DNA of 64,000 nt from an uncultured Candidatus Saccharibacteria bacterium (GCA_964583675.1 CAZOVH010000001.1:17754-81753), one strand, 5' to 3'; shown: positions 39,681 to 49,381, counted from the stretch's first letter. Program-made: numbers and translations. Notes: generated by a model not told the origin, from the sequence alone.

Positions 39681-40930
39681 CAGTCTTGAACCCCCACTCT
39701 TTCCCAGCGCTGCCAGGCTATGTCATCGCCACGAATTACCATGCGTATACCCTTCATTAGTGCAATGTACTCAACCCAAACTAATATGTAGAAAAGGGGC
39801 CACGTCAGAGGGAAAAGCAGTATATAGCGCAGCTTTATTCCTTCGTGAGAGAAAAATGCATTCACTAAATAAATTACCATCACAAATAAACTGCCTAATG
39901 CTAGAGATACATAATCGCCAGTCACAAACGAATAAGTTGCCAATAGTGCTAGCGCTATTGGCTCGAATACTAACTGAAGCTCGGCAAGCAACGAAAAGGG
40001 TAGCACAAAAAATGACAACCACTTACTGTGCCCAGACTCTCTTGAGAAAAATAAGCTACGATACTTGAGAAAGGTATCGAATCTACCCTTTTTCCAACGA
40101 AGTCGTTGATTTACAAGCCCCGTTATACTAGATGCTCCTTCCGTATAAACAACCGCGTCTTCCGCATACACACAGTGTTTTCCAAAATACCTCGTACGCA
40201 GGCTCATCTCGATATCTTCAGTCTTATTTGAGGTATCAAATAATCCTATTTCGCGAAAAAGTGTCCGTCTGTAGGCAGCATTAGCGCCACCAAATATATA
40301 TTCCGCATTCATAACTGCATGGGCGCGCTTGAAGTAAAAGCCGAACATGTACTCCAGCCTTTGCAAAAAGCCAATTAGCGTATGATTACTAGATACTTTT
40401 ACATTACCCACTGCAGCCCAGATTGTAGGGTCTTCAAAATATTGCACCATATTCTTAATGGCGTTCCTCTCAATAACCGAATCCGCATCGATAGTAAATA
40501 TAATTTCTCCTCTTGATTGTTTAATACCCAAATTCAGTGCATGCCCCTTACCCTCATTAGGTTTGTAATAATAACGCAAGCGATGCGTACTGATGTGGTA
40601 TTTTTTTACAAATGCCCTCACAAATGTATCTGTTTTATCAACGGAACCATCATTTACAACTATGAGCTCAATATTCTTATAGCTACTCGATAAAATTGAA
40701 CGAATCGTTTTAGTGATACCAACTTCCTCATTCCAAGCCGGAACAATAACTGAAACTAATGGGCGATACACTTCTGCTTTTCTACCCTGCCTACGAGCCT
40801 CCAAACGAAGCTTACGACGATTTTCTTTTACTGGATAAAAAGGTGCCAACACCAGAAACACAAAATATTTTACGAGCATTAATGTTGCAAACCAAAACGC
40901 TATATCCCTTAAAAAAGTAAACCCCTCCAT
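39680..40930 (-). CDS. Processive family-2 glycosyltransferase (PgaC/IcaA/cellulose-synthase-like exopolysaccharide synthase)
   Basis: 416 aa. N-terminal TM, GT-A core (VSVIVPAWNEE; TIDADS D.D motif), a QRLRWKKG (QxxRW) processivity motif, and three or four C-terminal TM helices. Confidence 0.8.
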   Translation of the reverse strand: MEGFTFLRDIAFWFATLMLVKYFVFLVLAPFYPVKENRRKLRLEARRQGRKAEVYRPLVSVIVPAWNEEVGITKTIRSILSSSYKNIELIVVNDGSVDKTDTFVRAFVKKYHISTHRLRYYYKPNEGKGHALNLGIKQSRGEIIFTIDADSVIERNAIKNMVQYFEDPTIWAAVGNVKVSSNHTLIGFLQRLEYMFGFYFKRAHAVMNAEYIFGGANAAYRRTLFREIGLFDTSNKTEDIEMSLRTRYFGKHCVYAEDAVVYTEGASSITGLVNQRLRWKKGRFDTFLKYRSLFFSRESGHSKWLSFFVLPFSLLAELQLVFEPIALALLATYSFVTGDYVSLALGSLFVMVIYLVNAFFSHEGIKLRYILLFPLTWPLFYILVWVEYIALMKGIRMVIRGDDIAWQRWERVGVQD

Positions 40931-40932
40931 TC

Positions 40933-41559
40933 TTACTGCCCCACATTCTGTAAGCTTATATTTTCACCTCGATACACCTCTAAACCTTTAACACCCTCTA
41001 CTACAAGCATAAGGCTACTCCTAGCAGAATTTGGTGCTAAATACTTAGTTGCTTGATCTCCCGTTACGGCCTCAGTTATTCGGTAAACATAGCGCCAATC
41101 TTTTGTAGTATCTACAAACACATTGTCATCAACGGCAATGCCGGCGTTCATCGGGAGAGATCTCCAGTCTCTTTTGGCATACACAACAACATCCCCCAAA
41201 GAACCGTTTTCTGCTCGAGAAGTCATAAAAAAGTGTCCTGTACTAGCACGGACTAGAAATATCTGATCAGAAGCCTTTACAGCTGGTACTAGAGCCATCT
41301 TCACCTCGGGTTGTGGTAATCTTAACTCTTTCGGGTCGCCATTCTCACCAGTGAATGGCGATTGTGCTTGACCAACCGAACTGTCTCGGCCTTCCATTTG
41401 TGCCAACACTCCACTAAACGAAAATTTTGTTAACGAGGTCACGATGGGTAAATCGCGGTTAAATAGTAGCTCAAAACTAGATGCGTACACATTAGCCGAT
41501 ATAAAGAAGCTTATGAGAGCAAAAAATGCAAATACAAAGATAAATTTAGTTTTCTTCAA
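40933..41559 (-). CDS. Secreted hypothetical protein, first gene of the GT2 cluster
   Basis: 208 aa with a signal peptide (MKKTKFIFVFAFFALISFFISANVYA|S) and no cysteines. Its stop abuts the GT2 start. Confidence 0.5.
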   Translation of the reverse strand: MKKTKFIFVFAFFALISFFISANVYASSFELLFNRDLPIVTSLTKFSFSGVLAQMEGRDSSVGQAQSPFTGENGDPKELRLPQPEVKMALVPAVKASDQIFLVRASTGHFFMTSRAENGSLGDVVVYAKRDWRSLPMNAGIAVDDNVFVDTTKDWRYVYRITEAVTGDQATKYLAPNSARSSLMLVVEGVKGLEVYRGENISLQNVGQ

Positions 41560-41777
41560 ACGCGCTTCCGAACCAGATCATATCCTTGTTTTTTCAAGCG
41601 AATCTTTATCGCCAAATTAAGAAGCGATGCGATGACATTAACAAAAATAACAACCGTAATAAAAACTATGTATATCTGAAATAAAACCGTGTATCCCGAA
41701 GGCATAACTATTCTATACCCCATTTAGGCAACGGTGTATATTCTACGCCATTGCCGCTCAGAGTTCAAGGATAAGTT

Positions 41778-43844
41778 TTACACCTCAATAACAACTGGAA
41801 GAACGATTGGGTTCCGCTTAGTTACCTTAAATAGGTAGTTCGCAACATCATCACGCATTCGTGTCTTAATGATCAGACTCGAAGCCGGAGTCGAGATATC
41901 GCGCTTATCAAAGATAGTCTGCACAATTTGACGACTCTTCTGCACGAGCTCAACATTATCCTTCATATAAATGAAGCCACGCGAGATAATATCTGGGCTA
42001 GTCTTAAGCTTGCCAGTCTTTTTATCAACAGTAGCGATGATCATAAACACGCCGTCGGCGCTCATTGCCAAGCGATCCTTCAGAACAATCTCTTGCACAT
42101 CGCCAATACCAGCGCCGTCAATAAGCACTACTCCAGCGGTTACTTTCGGACCTTCTTTAATGCCTGACTCATCTGCGATTAGCACCTGCCCATTCTCTAC
42201 TACAAACAAGTTCTCGTCCGGAATACCTTCAGTTTTTGCAATCGCTGCGTTGTGGAACATGTGATGCATCTCACCGTGAATTGGCAGATAGTATTTGGGC
42301 CGCACAAGCTGAAGCATTTCTTTAATTTCATCTACCGTGGCATGTCCACCGGTGTGCATCTTGCCAAGGTTATCGAAAGCCGCTGTAGCAGGCTGGTACA
42401 CGTAGGCGCCCCAACGGAACAAGTTATCAACCATGCCCCAAACTGATTTTTCATTACCTGGAATAATCGAGGCCGAAAGCACCACAACATCATTTGGTTT
42501 AAGCTTTACGTCGCGGTGTTCACCTGTGCCCATGCGCTGCAAGGCTGAGAAATTCTCACCCTGCGATCCGGTTGAGAGCACTACAATTTGCCCGTCGTCA
42601 TACTTGCTAACCTCGTTAGCTTTAATAAGCAAACCAGCTGGCACTTTTACATACCCCAGCTTTACAGCTAACTCGAGGTTATTTTGCATACTGCGACCAA
42701 CTACAGCGAGTTTACGCTTCGACTTAGCAACTGCATTAATCACAATTTGCATACGAGTGATCTGACTACCAAAGGCAGCAATAACTACGCGTTTGTTGTA
42801 GTTGCGGATGAAGATTTCATCAAGCGTCTCAACAATTTCCATTTCTGGCGTCGAGCGACCAGGAGTCTCACAGCTCGTGGAGTCACACATGAGCATCAAG
42901 ACACCTTCATCTCCCAGCTCCTTCAGGCGCTGCTTGTCGGCAGTTTTGCCATCAAGTGGGTTATCTTCAAAGCGCCAGTCACCAGTGTTTACAATCGTTC
43001 CAACCGGTGTGCGGATAGCTAAAGAACAAGCATCTGGAATGGAGTGTGTGGTGCGCAAAAATTCTACATTAAACACGCCAAGCTGAATGCGATCATGTCG
43101 ATCCTGATCGATGATGTGCAGCTCTGGCTTAAACGGCAATTTATATTCTTCTAGCTTGCGCTCGATAAATTTAATTGTGAATTTAGCGGCATAAATTGGG
43201 GCTGGAATCTTTGGCAAGATAAACGGAATGCCACCAACATGATCTTCGTGGGCATGCGTAATGAGAATTCCACGAATCTTGTGCTTACGCTCTTCAAGAT
43301 AAGTTACATCTGGAACCACCAGATCAATTCCCGGCTGGTCATCACCCGGAAAACTGAAACCCATATCCATAATGATAATGTCGTCTTCATACTCGAGGGC
43401 CATAATGTTTCGACCAATTTCATTTAAACCACCAAGTGGAATGATTTTGAGCTTGCCTGCATCAGCTTTAGAGACACCATTTACATCCATAGCTTTAATT
43501 TTTGGACGTGAACCCTGCCCACCAGCAGCATTAAAGCTACCGTGTACAAAGGTTTGCGGTCCCTTCGGCATGCGCATACGCGGCGGACGACCAAGACCTC
43601 CACGCTCGCGACGCTGACCATTGCCATTGCCATTGCGACTGTTGCCATTACCATTATTGTTATTACGGCGTTGGTTGTTCTGTCCGCCTTGCCCGTTTTG
43701 ACTACGACGCTGGCCGCCCTGAGCATTAGTCTGAGCTGGCTTCGAGCGCGGAGCGTTTTGACGAGCTCCTTGAGATTGCGGTTTTGAGTTTTGAGATTTC
43801 AGATCGTCCGATGATAATGGACGACTCGTGAGTTCTTCTGACAT
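41778..43844 (-). CDS. rnj: Ribonuclease J with an N-terminal Q/N/G/R-rich low-complexity extension
   Basis: 688 aa. Metallo-beta-lactamase HxHxDH motif (THAHEDHVGG), beta-CASP and a C-terminal domain. The first ~130 aa are low complexity (QNGQGGQNNQRRNNNNGNGNSRNGNGNGQRRERGG). Confidence 0.9.
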   Translation of the reverse strand: MSEELTSRPLSSDDLKSQNSKPQSQGARQNAPRSKPAQTNAQGGQRRSQNGQGGQNNQRRNNNNGNGNSRNGNGNGQRRERGGLGRPPRMRMPKGPQTFVHGSFNAAGGQGSRPKIKAMDVNGVSKADAGKLKIIPLGGLNEIGRNIMALEYEDDIIIMDMGFSFPGDDQPGIDLVVPDVTYLEERKHKIRGILITHAHEDHVGGIPFILPKIPAPIYAAKFTIKFIERKLEEYKLPFKPELHIIDQDRHDRIQLGVFNVEFLRTTHSIPDACSLAIRTPVGTIVNTGDWRFEDNPLDGKTADKQRLKELGDEGVLMLMCDSTSCETPGRSTPEMEIVETLDEIFIRNYNKRVVIAAFGSQITRMQIVINAVAKSKRKLAVVGRSMQNNLELAVKLGYVKVPAGLLIKANEVSKYDDGQIVVLSTGSQGENFSALQRMGTGEHRDVKLKPNDVVVLSASIIPGNEKSVWGMVDNLFRWGAYVYQPATAAFDNLGKMHTGGHATVDEIKEMLQLVRPKYYLPIHGEMHHMFHNAAIAKTEGIPDENLFVVENGQVLIADESGIKEGPKVTAGVVLIDGAGIGDVQEIVLKDRLAMSADGVFMIIATVDKKTGKLKTSPDIISRGFIYMKDNVELVQKSRQIVQTIFDKRDISTPASSLIIKTRMRDDVANYLFKVTKRNPIVLPVVIEV

Positions 43845-43930
43845 GTGTGTTATTTTCCTTTCTTATAAACTGTTGGCATGTCTAAGCTCTTGTCCCACTC
43901 AATGGCAGAACCAGGGCTTAAACATGCGAT

Positions 43931-44536
43931 TTACGAAATTTTCTTGAGAAGTTGCGGGATTTGAGAAAAATCTTCAAGTAGCGTGGTGCGCATCGAGCCG
44001 TTATACAGTGCAGCGGCTGGATGATACAACGGTAAAAACATCTGTTTTCGCGCTGCCCCAGCATGAGTATACGTACGACTTACAGCTACCCCATGAGCTT
44101 GGCTAATCTTTAGTTCAGGGAAAAACACATTCATAGCGTGTCTCCCTAAAAAAATCACTAGCTTTGGATCGATAACTTCTATTTGCTCTAAAAGGTACGG
44201 TAACGACGCTTGAATCTCGTCCGGCTTTGGGTCTCGATTGTTGGGTGGTCGATATTTTAAGATGCTGGTAATAAACACATCTTCTCGCTTCAAGCCTACA
44301 TTTTCTAGCATTTCTACCAAAAATTTACCTGAAGCACCAACAAACGGACGGCCTTCGCGATCCTCCTGTGCCCCGGGGGCTTCACCCACAAGCATAATGT
44401 CTGCTTCTGGGTCACCCTCGCCGGGCACAGGGTTTATACAATTTTTACACAGCTCGGTACATACTTCGCATGAGGCAATTCTCTGCGCAATTTGAGCAAG
44501 TTTTTTCTGCTTCTCTTCGCGCGTGAACTCACTCAT
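43931..44536 (-). CDS. Uracil-DNA glycosylase, family 4 (Fe-S type)
   Basis: 201 aa. N-terminal Cys cluster (CEVCTELCKNC) and the family-4 motif GEAPGAQEDREGRPFVGASGKFL are present. Confidence 0.85.
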   Translation of the reverse strand: MSEFTREEKQKKLAQIAQRIASCEVCTELCKNCINPVPGEGDPEADIMLVGEAPGAQEDREGRPFVGASGKFLVEMLENVGLKREDVFITSILKYRPPNNRDPKPDEIQASLPYLLEQIEVIDPKLVIFLGRHAMNVFFPELKISQAHGVAVSRTYTHAGAARKQMFLPLYHPAAALYNGSMRTTLLEDFSQIPQLLKKIS

Positions 44537-44543
44537 ACAATTT

Positions 44544-46682
44544 TTACTCTTGCTGAGCAGCTTTCTTACTCAAATTATACCTTCCCCGGTCATCTTTTTC
44601 GACCAGCTTGACACGAATTGAGTCGCCTTCGCTAATTTCATCCGATACATCCTCGACACGGTGGTCGGCTAATTGAGAAACATGCACGAGGCCTTCTCGA
44701 CCTGGCATGAACTCTACAAACGCCCCAAAATCCATGATTTTTACAACCTTAGCGTCGTAAATCTTACCAACTTCTGGCTCGGCAACAATTGATTCAATCC
44801 AATTCTTTGCGCGCTCAGCAGCCTTCACATCATCGGAGTAGATCATAATCAGGCCATCATCTTCGATGTCGATCTGCGCACCAGTTTCGCCGGTAATCTT
44901 CTGGATGGTCTCACCGCCCTTACCAATTACCTCTTTGATCTTATCAGGATTAATTACGACCTTCGTAATACGTGGTGCAAATTCAGAAAGCTCTGGACGC
45001 ACTTCTGGCAAAATTTCGAGCATCTTACCCATAATATGCTCCCGACCCTCACGAGCCTGCGCCAAAGCGGCACGCATAATTTCAAGCGTAATGCCGGTCA
45101 CCTTAATATCCATCTGAAGTGCCGTGATTCCCTCTGAAGTTCCGGCCACTTTAAAGTCCATATCGCCGGCAAAATCTTCAGCGCCCTGAATATCAGACAA
45201 GATCACATAACTGTCTGATTTACTTTTATCAATCATCAGCCCCATGGCTATACCAGCAACGGGACGCGTAAGCGGAACACCAGCATCCATCAATGAGAGT
45301 GTCGACCCACATACCGAAGCCATCGAAGTTGAACCGTTCGAACTGAGAATTTCTGAAACAACGCGCATGGCGTACGGAAATTCTTCAACGGCTGGCAACA
45401 TTGGCTCTAAAGCCCTTTCAGCCAAAGCCCCATGGCCAATCTCGCGGCGACCAGTTGAACGCAGTGGACGTGCCTCACCAGTAGAATATGGGGGAAAATT
45501 GTAGTGATGCATGTAGCGCTTAGTCGTATCTTCTTCCATGGTATCGATAAGCTGCGCATAGCTGATTGGTGCTAACGTTGCGACCGAAAGAGCCTGAGTG
45601 GTGCCACGAGTGAAAATCGCGCTTCCATGAGCTCGAGGCAAGACACTCGTATCCCCAGAAATTGGCCGTACTTCGGTAGTCTTTCGCTTATCCGGACGCT
45701 CGGCGTCTTCTAAAATGGCGCGGCGGATCTCGGCATCAATAACGCTCGTAAAAGCAGTTTTTACTACACCTAGCGGAAAACGCTCTTTATCGTCTTCCAT
45801 CTCGGCTGGAAGTGGTCCAAATTCATCAATGACCAACTTACGGAGTTCAGCTAAAACGTCTTCACGCTTCAAGCCATCAGAGTGCCGCACATCAGCCCCA
45901 AGTTTCCCTTCTAAAAAGTCACTAATCTTTTCTGCCAAGTCTTCATCAGCACGAAAGAGATCAAACTCCTGTGGTTTTACATTAAGGGCTTTCGCCATTT
46001 CTTGCTGCAGCTCAATAACTGGCTGCCAGGTTTTGAGCGCCAATTCAAAGGCATCCACCATGGTCTCCTCTGAAATTTCCTGCGCACCAGCCTCAACCAT
46101 CATAATTGCGTCTGCAGTTCCGGCAATTGTCAGATTAAGCTTAGAGCCTTCCTGCTCACTCACCGTTGGATACGCGACCAACTCGCCATCCTTCTCGCCA
46201 ACCCGCATGCCAGCTACCGGTCCTTGAAAAGGTGCCCCTGTAAGCATTAAAGCGCTCGAGGCTGCGATCATCCCAAGTACGTCTGGCTCATGCTCACCAT
46301 CAACCGAAAGCGTGGTTACAACCACCTGAACATCATTGCGGTAACCTTTCGGGAACAGCGGACGAATCGGACGATCAATCAAGCGAGCAGTCAAAATCGC
46401 CTTTTCAGATGGGCGACCTTCACGCTTAATAAAGCGGCTGCCAGAAATCTTTCCTGCCGCATACATGCGCTCTTCATAATCGATAAGGAGCGGGAAAAAG
46501 TCCTGATCGGGCTTTGGCTCGCGTGCTACAACGGCAGTTGCAAGCACTACGGTGTCTCCGTAACGTACGGTTACCGCGCCGTCAGCCAAAAAAGCCAACT
46601 TTCCTGTTTCAATTGTTAATTTCTTGCCTGCAAACTCTGTTTCAAAGATTTGCGTCTTTCCACCAAAAGGGTGAATAATCAT
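44544..46682 (-). CDS. pnp: Polynucleotide phosphorylase
   Basis: 712 aa. Two RNase PH domains, KH and S1 domains (GKIYDAKVVKIMDFGAFVEFMPGREGLVHVSQL). Downstream of rpsO. Confidence 0.95.
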   Translation of the reverse strand: MIIHPFGGKTQIFETEFAGKKLTIETGKLAFLADGAVTVRYGDTVVLATAVVAREPKPDQDFFPLLIDYEERMYAAGKISGSRFIKREGRPSEKAILTARLIDRPIRPLFPKGYRNDVQVVVTTLSVDGEHEPDVLGMIAASSALMLTGAPFQGPVAGMRVGEKDGELVAYPTVSEQEGSKLNLTIAGTADAIMMVEAGAQEISEETMVDAFELALKTWQPVIELQQEMAKALNVKPQEFDLFRADEDLAEKISDFLEGKLGADVRHSDGLKREDVLAELRKLVIDEFGPLPAEMEDDKERFPLGVVKTAFTSVIDAEIRRAILEDAERPDKRKTTEVRPISGDTSVLPRAHGSAIFTRGTTQALSVATLAPISYAQLIDTMEEDTTKRYMHHYNFPPYSTGEARPLRSTGRREIGHGALAERALEPMLPAVEEFPYAMRVVSEILSSNGSTSMASVCGSTLSLMDAGVPLTRPVAGIAMGLMIDKSKSDSYVILSDIQGAEDFAGDMDFKVAGTSEGITALQMDIKVTGITLEIMRAALAQAREGREHIMGKMLEILPEVRPELSEFAPRITKVVINPDKIKEVIGKGGETIQKITGETGAQIDIEDDGLIMIYSDDVKAAERAKNWIESIVAEPEVGKIYDAKVVKIMDFGAFVEFMPGREGLVHVSQLADHRVEDVSDEISEGDSIRVKLVEKDDRGRYNLSKKAAQQE

Positions 46683-46881
46683 ACGTTCCTTCTTTCATGA
46701 AGACTCTCACCAGACTTACGCCAGGTGCCAGAGAGCAAATTACCTGCTTGATAATCTCTTCTCTTTCACCTGCATTGCTCGTGAGTAATCTTCAGATTTA
46801 CTTATGTTTCGTCGTCCATACTTGTATGGTACAACATTTTACTTCAATGTGCGCGTGCCCCAAAAATAGGAGCATGAAAAA

Positions 46882-47160
46882 TTAGCGACGGAGCTTCAGT
46901 TGCTTAACAATTGCTGCGTAACGTTCCTGACTGTTCTTCTGCAGATAGTCGAGCAAGCGTCGGCGCTTGGACACCATTGTAAGCAAACCACGACGACTGT
47001 GGTTGTCGTGCTTGTGTTGCTTTAGGTGTTCTGTAAGTGAAGCTATCTTTTCAGTAAAAATAGCAATCTGCACCTCAGCCGAGCCAGTATCTTTGGCGTG
47101 CTGTCCGTGCTTCTTGATGATTTTCGTCTTTGCAGACTGAGTTTTTACTTCTGTTGCCAT
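46882..47160 (-). CDS. rpsO: 30S ribosomal protein S15
   Basis: 92 aa. [35 protein letters not shown] is typical of S15. Conserved rpsO-pnp linkage. Confidence 0.9.
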   Translation of the reverse strand: MATEVKTQSAKTKIIKKHGQHAKDTGSAEVQIAIFTEKIASLTEHLKQHKHDNHSRRGLLTMVSKRRRLLDYLQKNSQERYAAIVKQLKLRR

Positions 47161-47178
47161 AATCAGGTTACAAGTATA

Positions 47179-47844
47179 TCAGTTCTCCAAGAGTTTTTCA
47201 AGTCTTACGGCGTCCTCAAGCTGAAAATCCCCAACTTCGGTACGCTTTAAAGCCGACAAATAGGCGCCCGTACCTAAACTCTCACCTAAAGAACGCGCCA
47301 AGGAGCGAATGTACGTACCACTCGATACTTTTACCGTAGCAGTCAGTCTTGGATAACTATACGCAACATCTCGCCACCAATGCACTATCACTGGGCGTGC
47401 GGCCATTTCCGGCACCTCACCCTTACGGGCCAAACTATAGGCGCGCTTACCGTTTATTTTAATCGCACTATAAATCGGTGGAGTTTGCAAAATTTCTCCA
47501 GATAGCGCATCTATTACCACCCGAATCTCGTCGAGCGACGCCTCCCGATCCGAAATATACTCTTTCTCTCCTTCACCATCATCGGTAGTAGAAAACTCAC
47601 CTAACGTAATCTCCAGCTCATACACTTTGTCGAGCTTGGTCAGAGCCTGAGCCTGCCTGGTATATTCCTTACCTACTAAGAGCACCATAAGACCCTCTGC
47701 CAATGGATCGAGCGTACCCGTGTGCCCTACTTTACGAATATCCGTAAGCTTACGTAATTGGGCTACACTCTTAAATGAGCTTTGGTTTTTCGGCTTATGA
47801 ACAAGCCAGATACCCTCCGGAGATTCTAGTGTTCCGCGCTTCAT
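47179..47844 (-). CDS. truB: tRNA pseudouridine(55) synthase TruB
   Basis: 221 aa. The catalytic Asp motif VGHTGTLDPLAEGLMVLLVG is present. Confidence 0.85.
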   Translation of the reverse strand: MKRGTLESPEGIWLVHKPKNQSSFKSVAQLRKLTDIRKVGHTGTLDPLAEGLMVLLVGKEYTRQAQALTKLDKVYELEITLGEFSTTDDGEGEKEYISDREASLDEIRVVIDALSGEILQTPPIYSAIKINGKRAYSLARKGEVPEMAARPVIVHWWRDVAYSYPRLTATVKVSSGTYIRSLARSLGESLGTGAYLSALKRTEVGDFQLEDAVRLEKLLEN

Positions 47845-47887
47845 GCCAGCTCCCTCAATGAATACTTATTGTATGCAATACTGCAAA

Positions 47888-48853
47888 TTACTGCTGTTGA
47901 GACTGGGCTGGTACAGGATTAAATACCCCACCTGGCTGCAAAATATTCGTACTTTGAGCCTGCTCCTGTTTCAACTGTTCGGCTGCCGCCTGCAAGTCAT
48001 TTTTTACTTGGTCGGACAAAACCTCAGAGATCTTTCGAGCTTTTTTTGCCGGCGCGGCAACTCCAGCTCCCGCGCTAAATAGCTCTCGCACTACTTCCTG
48101 CTGTCGAGCGCCGCCGCTCAAAAGCTGAGCCGCAACCGTCATCGTCTTCGAGGTAGTAGAACTTGTAGTAAATCGGTTTGTAGCCGACATAATGCCCGCC
48201 AAGAGAGCTGTGGCGATATCTGCATCAATCATGCCTTGACCAAGAGACTCTATAGTCCCAATCAAGAGTTCGCTTACCGAACTCGCGTTCGTATCAATAA
48301 AGTTCACACTCCCATAGCTTTCGTTAATGCGATGATAATCAATATTAATCAGGTGTAAACCATCAAACAAGGTTGGATTTGCTTCGAGCATACTGTCAAT
48401 TTGGGCGAGTTTATGCACACCAACAACAACCACGAGATCGAACTGGTATGACCCGTAATCAAAGCGGGCATCCTCTGGTCGGAAATTACCTACAGCAGGA
48501 GTAATAGTAATATCGAGTCGACCATCGACAATATCATACTTCAGCTTATCTACTTCAACCTGAGCCAGGTCAAGAGACACAACAAAATCACGCACACCAT
48601 CAAGGGTGCGGCTAATATGACGAGTATCAAGGATCTTTTCTGCAGCAACAGGAGCCGCATCCGTAATAACCGCATGGCTTTTCTTGCCAAGTCGAGCTAA
48701 AATCTGTTGCAACGCATACACAGCCGCAACCTGATCTACGTTCGGTTCGCGACCGGTCACGATTAAAACACTCTCGGCTTGGCGCAAGAGTTCGACAGTC
48801 TGTTGTTTGGATGTAAGTTCTGCTGTTTGCATGGGAATATAACAATATACCAA
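47888..48853 (-). CDS. DHH-family phosphoesterase-like protein (NrnA-like) with degenerate catalytic motifs
   Basis: 321 aa. DHH-family architecture with a C-terminal DHHA1-like region. Motif I reads GREPNVDQVAAV (N-V-D where D-x-D is expected). Motif III reads IDYHRI (DYH instead of DHH). Located upstream of truB as often seen. Q/A-rich C-terminal tail. Confidence 0.55.
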   Translation of the reverse strand: MVYCYIPMQTAELTSKQQTVELLRQAESVLIVTGREPNVDQVAAVYALQQILARLGKKSHAVITDAAPVAAEKILDTRHISRTLDGVRDFVVSLDLAQVEVDKLKYDIVDGRLDITITPAVGNFRPEDARFDYGSYQFDLVVVVGVHKLAQIDSMLEANPTLFDGLHLINIDYHRINESYGSVNFIDTNASSVSELLIGTIESLGQGMIDADIATALLAGIMSATNRFTTSSTTSKTMTVAAQLLSGGARQQEVVRELFSAGAGVAAPAKKARKISEVLSDQVKNDLQAAAEQLKQEQAQSTNILQPGGVFNPVPAQSQQQ

Positions 48854-49018
48854 ATTACCTCAGATCTGTCAATAGCGTAAGCGGCTTTAGTATTCTCTCA
48901 GGTGTAAATCTTTACAAACCAGAAGAAATCAGGTATTATTGTGCGGTCTCTATGGATGCTTATCTAAGTAGCAAAAAGCTCCATATAACTACATAACTTG
49001 TAATATAAGGAAACCATT

Positions 49019-49378
49019 ATGCCAATTATCAAATCTGCTATGAAGCGTGTTCGCCAGGAAGAAAAGCGCCGCTCTCGCAATAACGCCACCAAGCGACGCA
49101 TTAAAGCCGCTACCAAGTCTACGCTAGCTCACGTAGCTACCGAGGACGTAAAAGCTGCTCAAACCGAGCTCACCAAGGCCATCTCTCTTCTGGATAAGGC
49201 CGTTAAAAAAGGCACCCTCCACAAAAACACTGCCGCCCGCCGCAAAAGTAAGCTCACCCGCTCCTACAACTCAGTAGCCAAAGAAGCTTACGGTACGACT
49301 GCTGCCACCAAGAAAACCGAAGCAAAGAAGCCAGCTGCAAAGAAAGCTCCTGCTAAAAAACCGGCTGCGAAGAAGTAA
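49019..49378 (+). CDS. rpsT: 30S ribosomal protein S20 with a Lys/Ala-rich C-terminal tail
   Basis: 119 aa. The S20 N-terminus is MPIIKSAMKRVRQEEKRRSRNNATKRRIKAATK. The C-terminal extension is TAATKKTEAKKPAAKKAPAKKPAAKK. Confidence 0.85.
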   Translation: MPIIKSAMKRVRQEEKRRSRNNATKRRIKAATKSTLAHVATEDVKAAQTELTKAISLLDKAVKKGTLHKNTAARRKSKLTRSYNSVAKEAYGTTAATKKTEAKKPAAKKAPAKKPAAKK

Positions 49379-49381
49379 AAG

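Noticed and set aside
40933-41559. Possible sortase. The 208-aa secreted protein has a His-containing beta-strand pattern (LVRASTGH…GDVVVY…YVYRI) vaguely like sortase.
   Set aside because: The protein contains no cysteine at all, so the sortase TLxTC catalytic Cys is missing. The signal peptidase I boxes (SM.PTL, GDNR.NS.DSR) are also absent. It is left as a hypothetical secreted protein.
41560-41777. 218-nt intergenic gap, and other gaps (43845..43930, 46683..46881, 31912..32088), inspected for tRNA or small RNA genes
   Set aside because: No cloverleaf-compatible sequence was seen. There is no GTTC-type T-arm with a matching acceptor stem. The 46683..46881 gap is more likely the long pnp 5' leader. 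No RNA gene is claimed without a covariance search.
43560-43700. Short tandem repeats (ccattgccattgccattgcgactgttgccattaccatt…) that could look like a repeat array
   Set aside because: They lie inside the rnj coding frame and encode the low-complexity GNGNGN/QN-rich N-terminal tail. The spacing is irregular and there is no repeat-spacer organisation, so this is not a CRISPR array.
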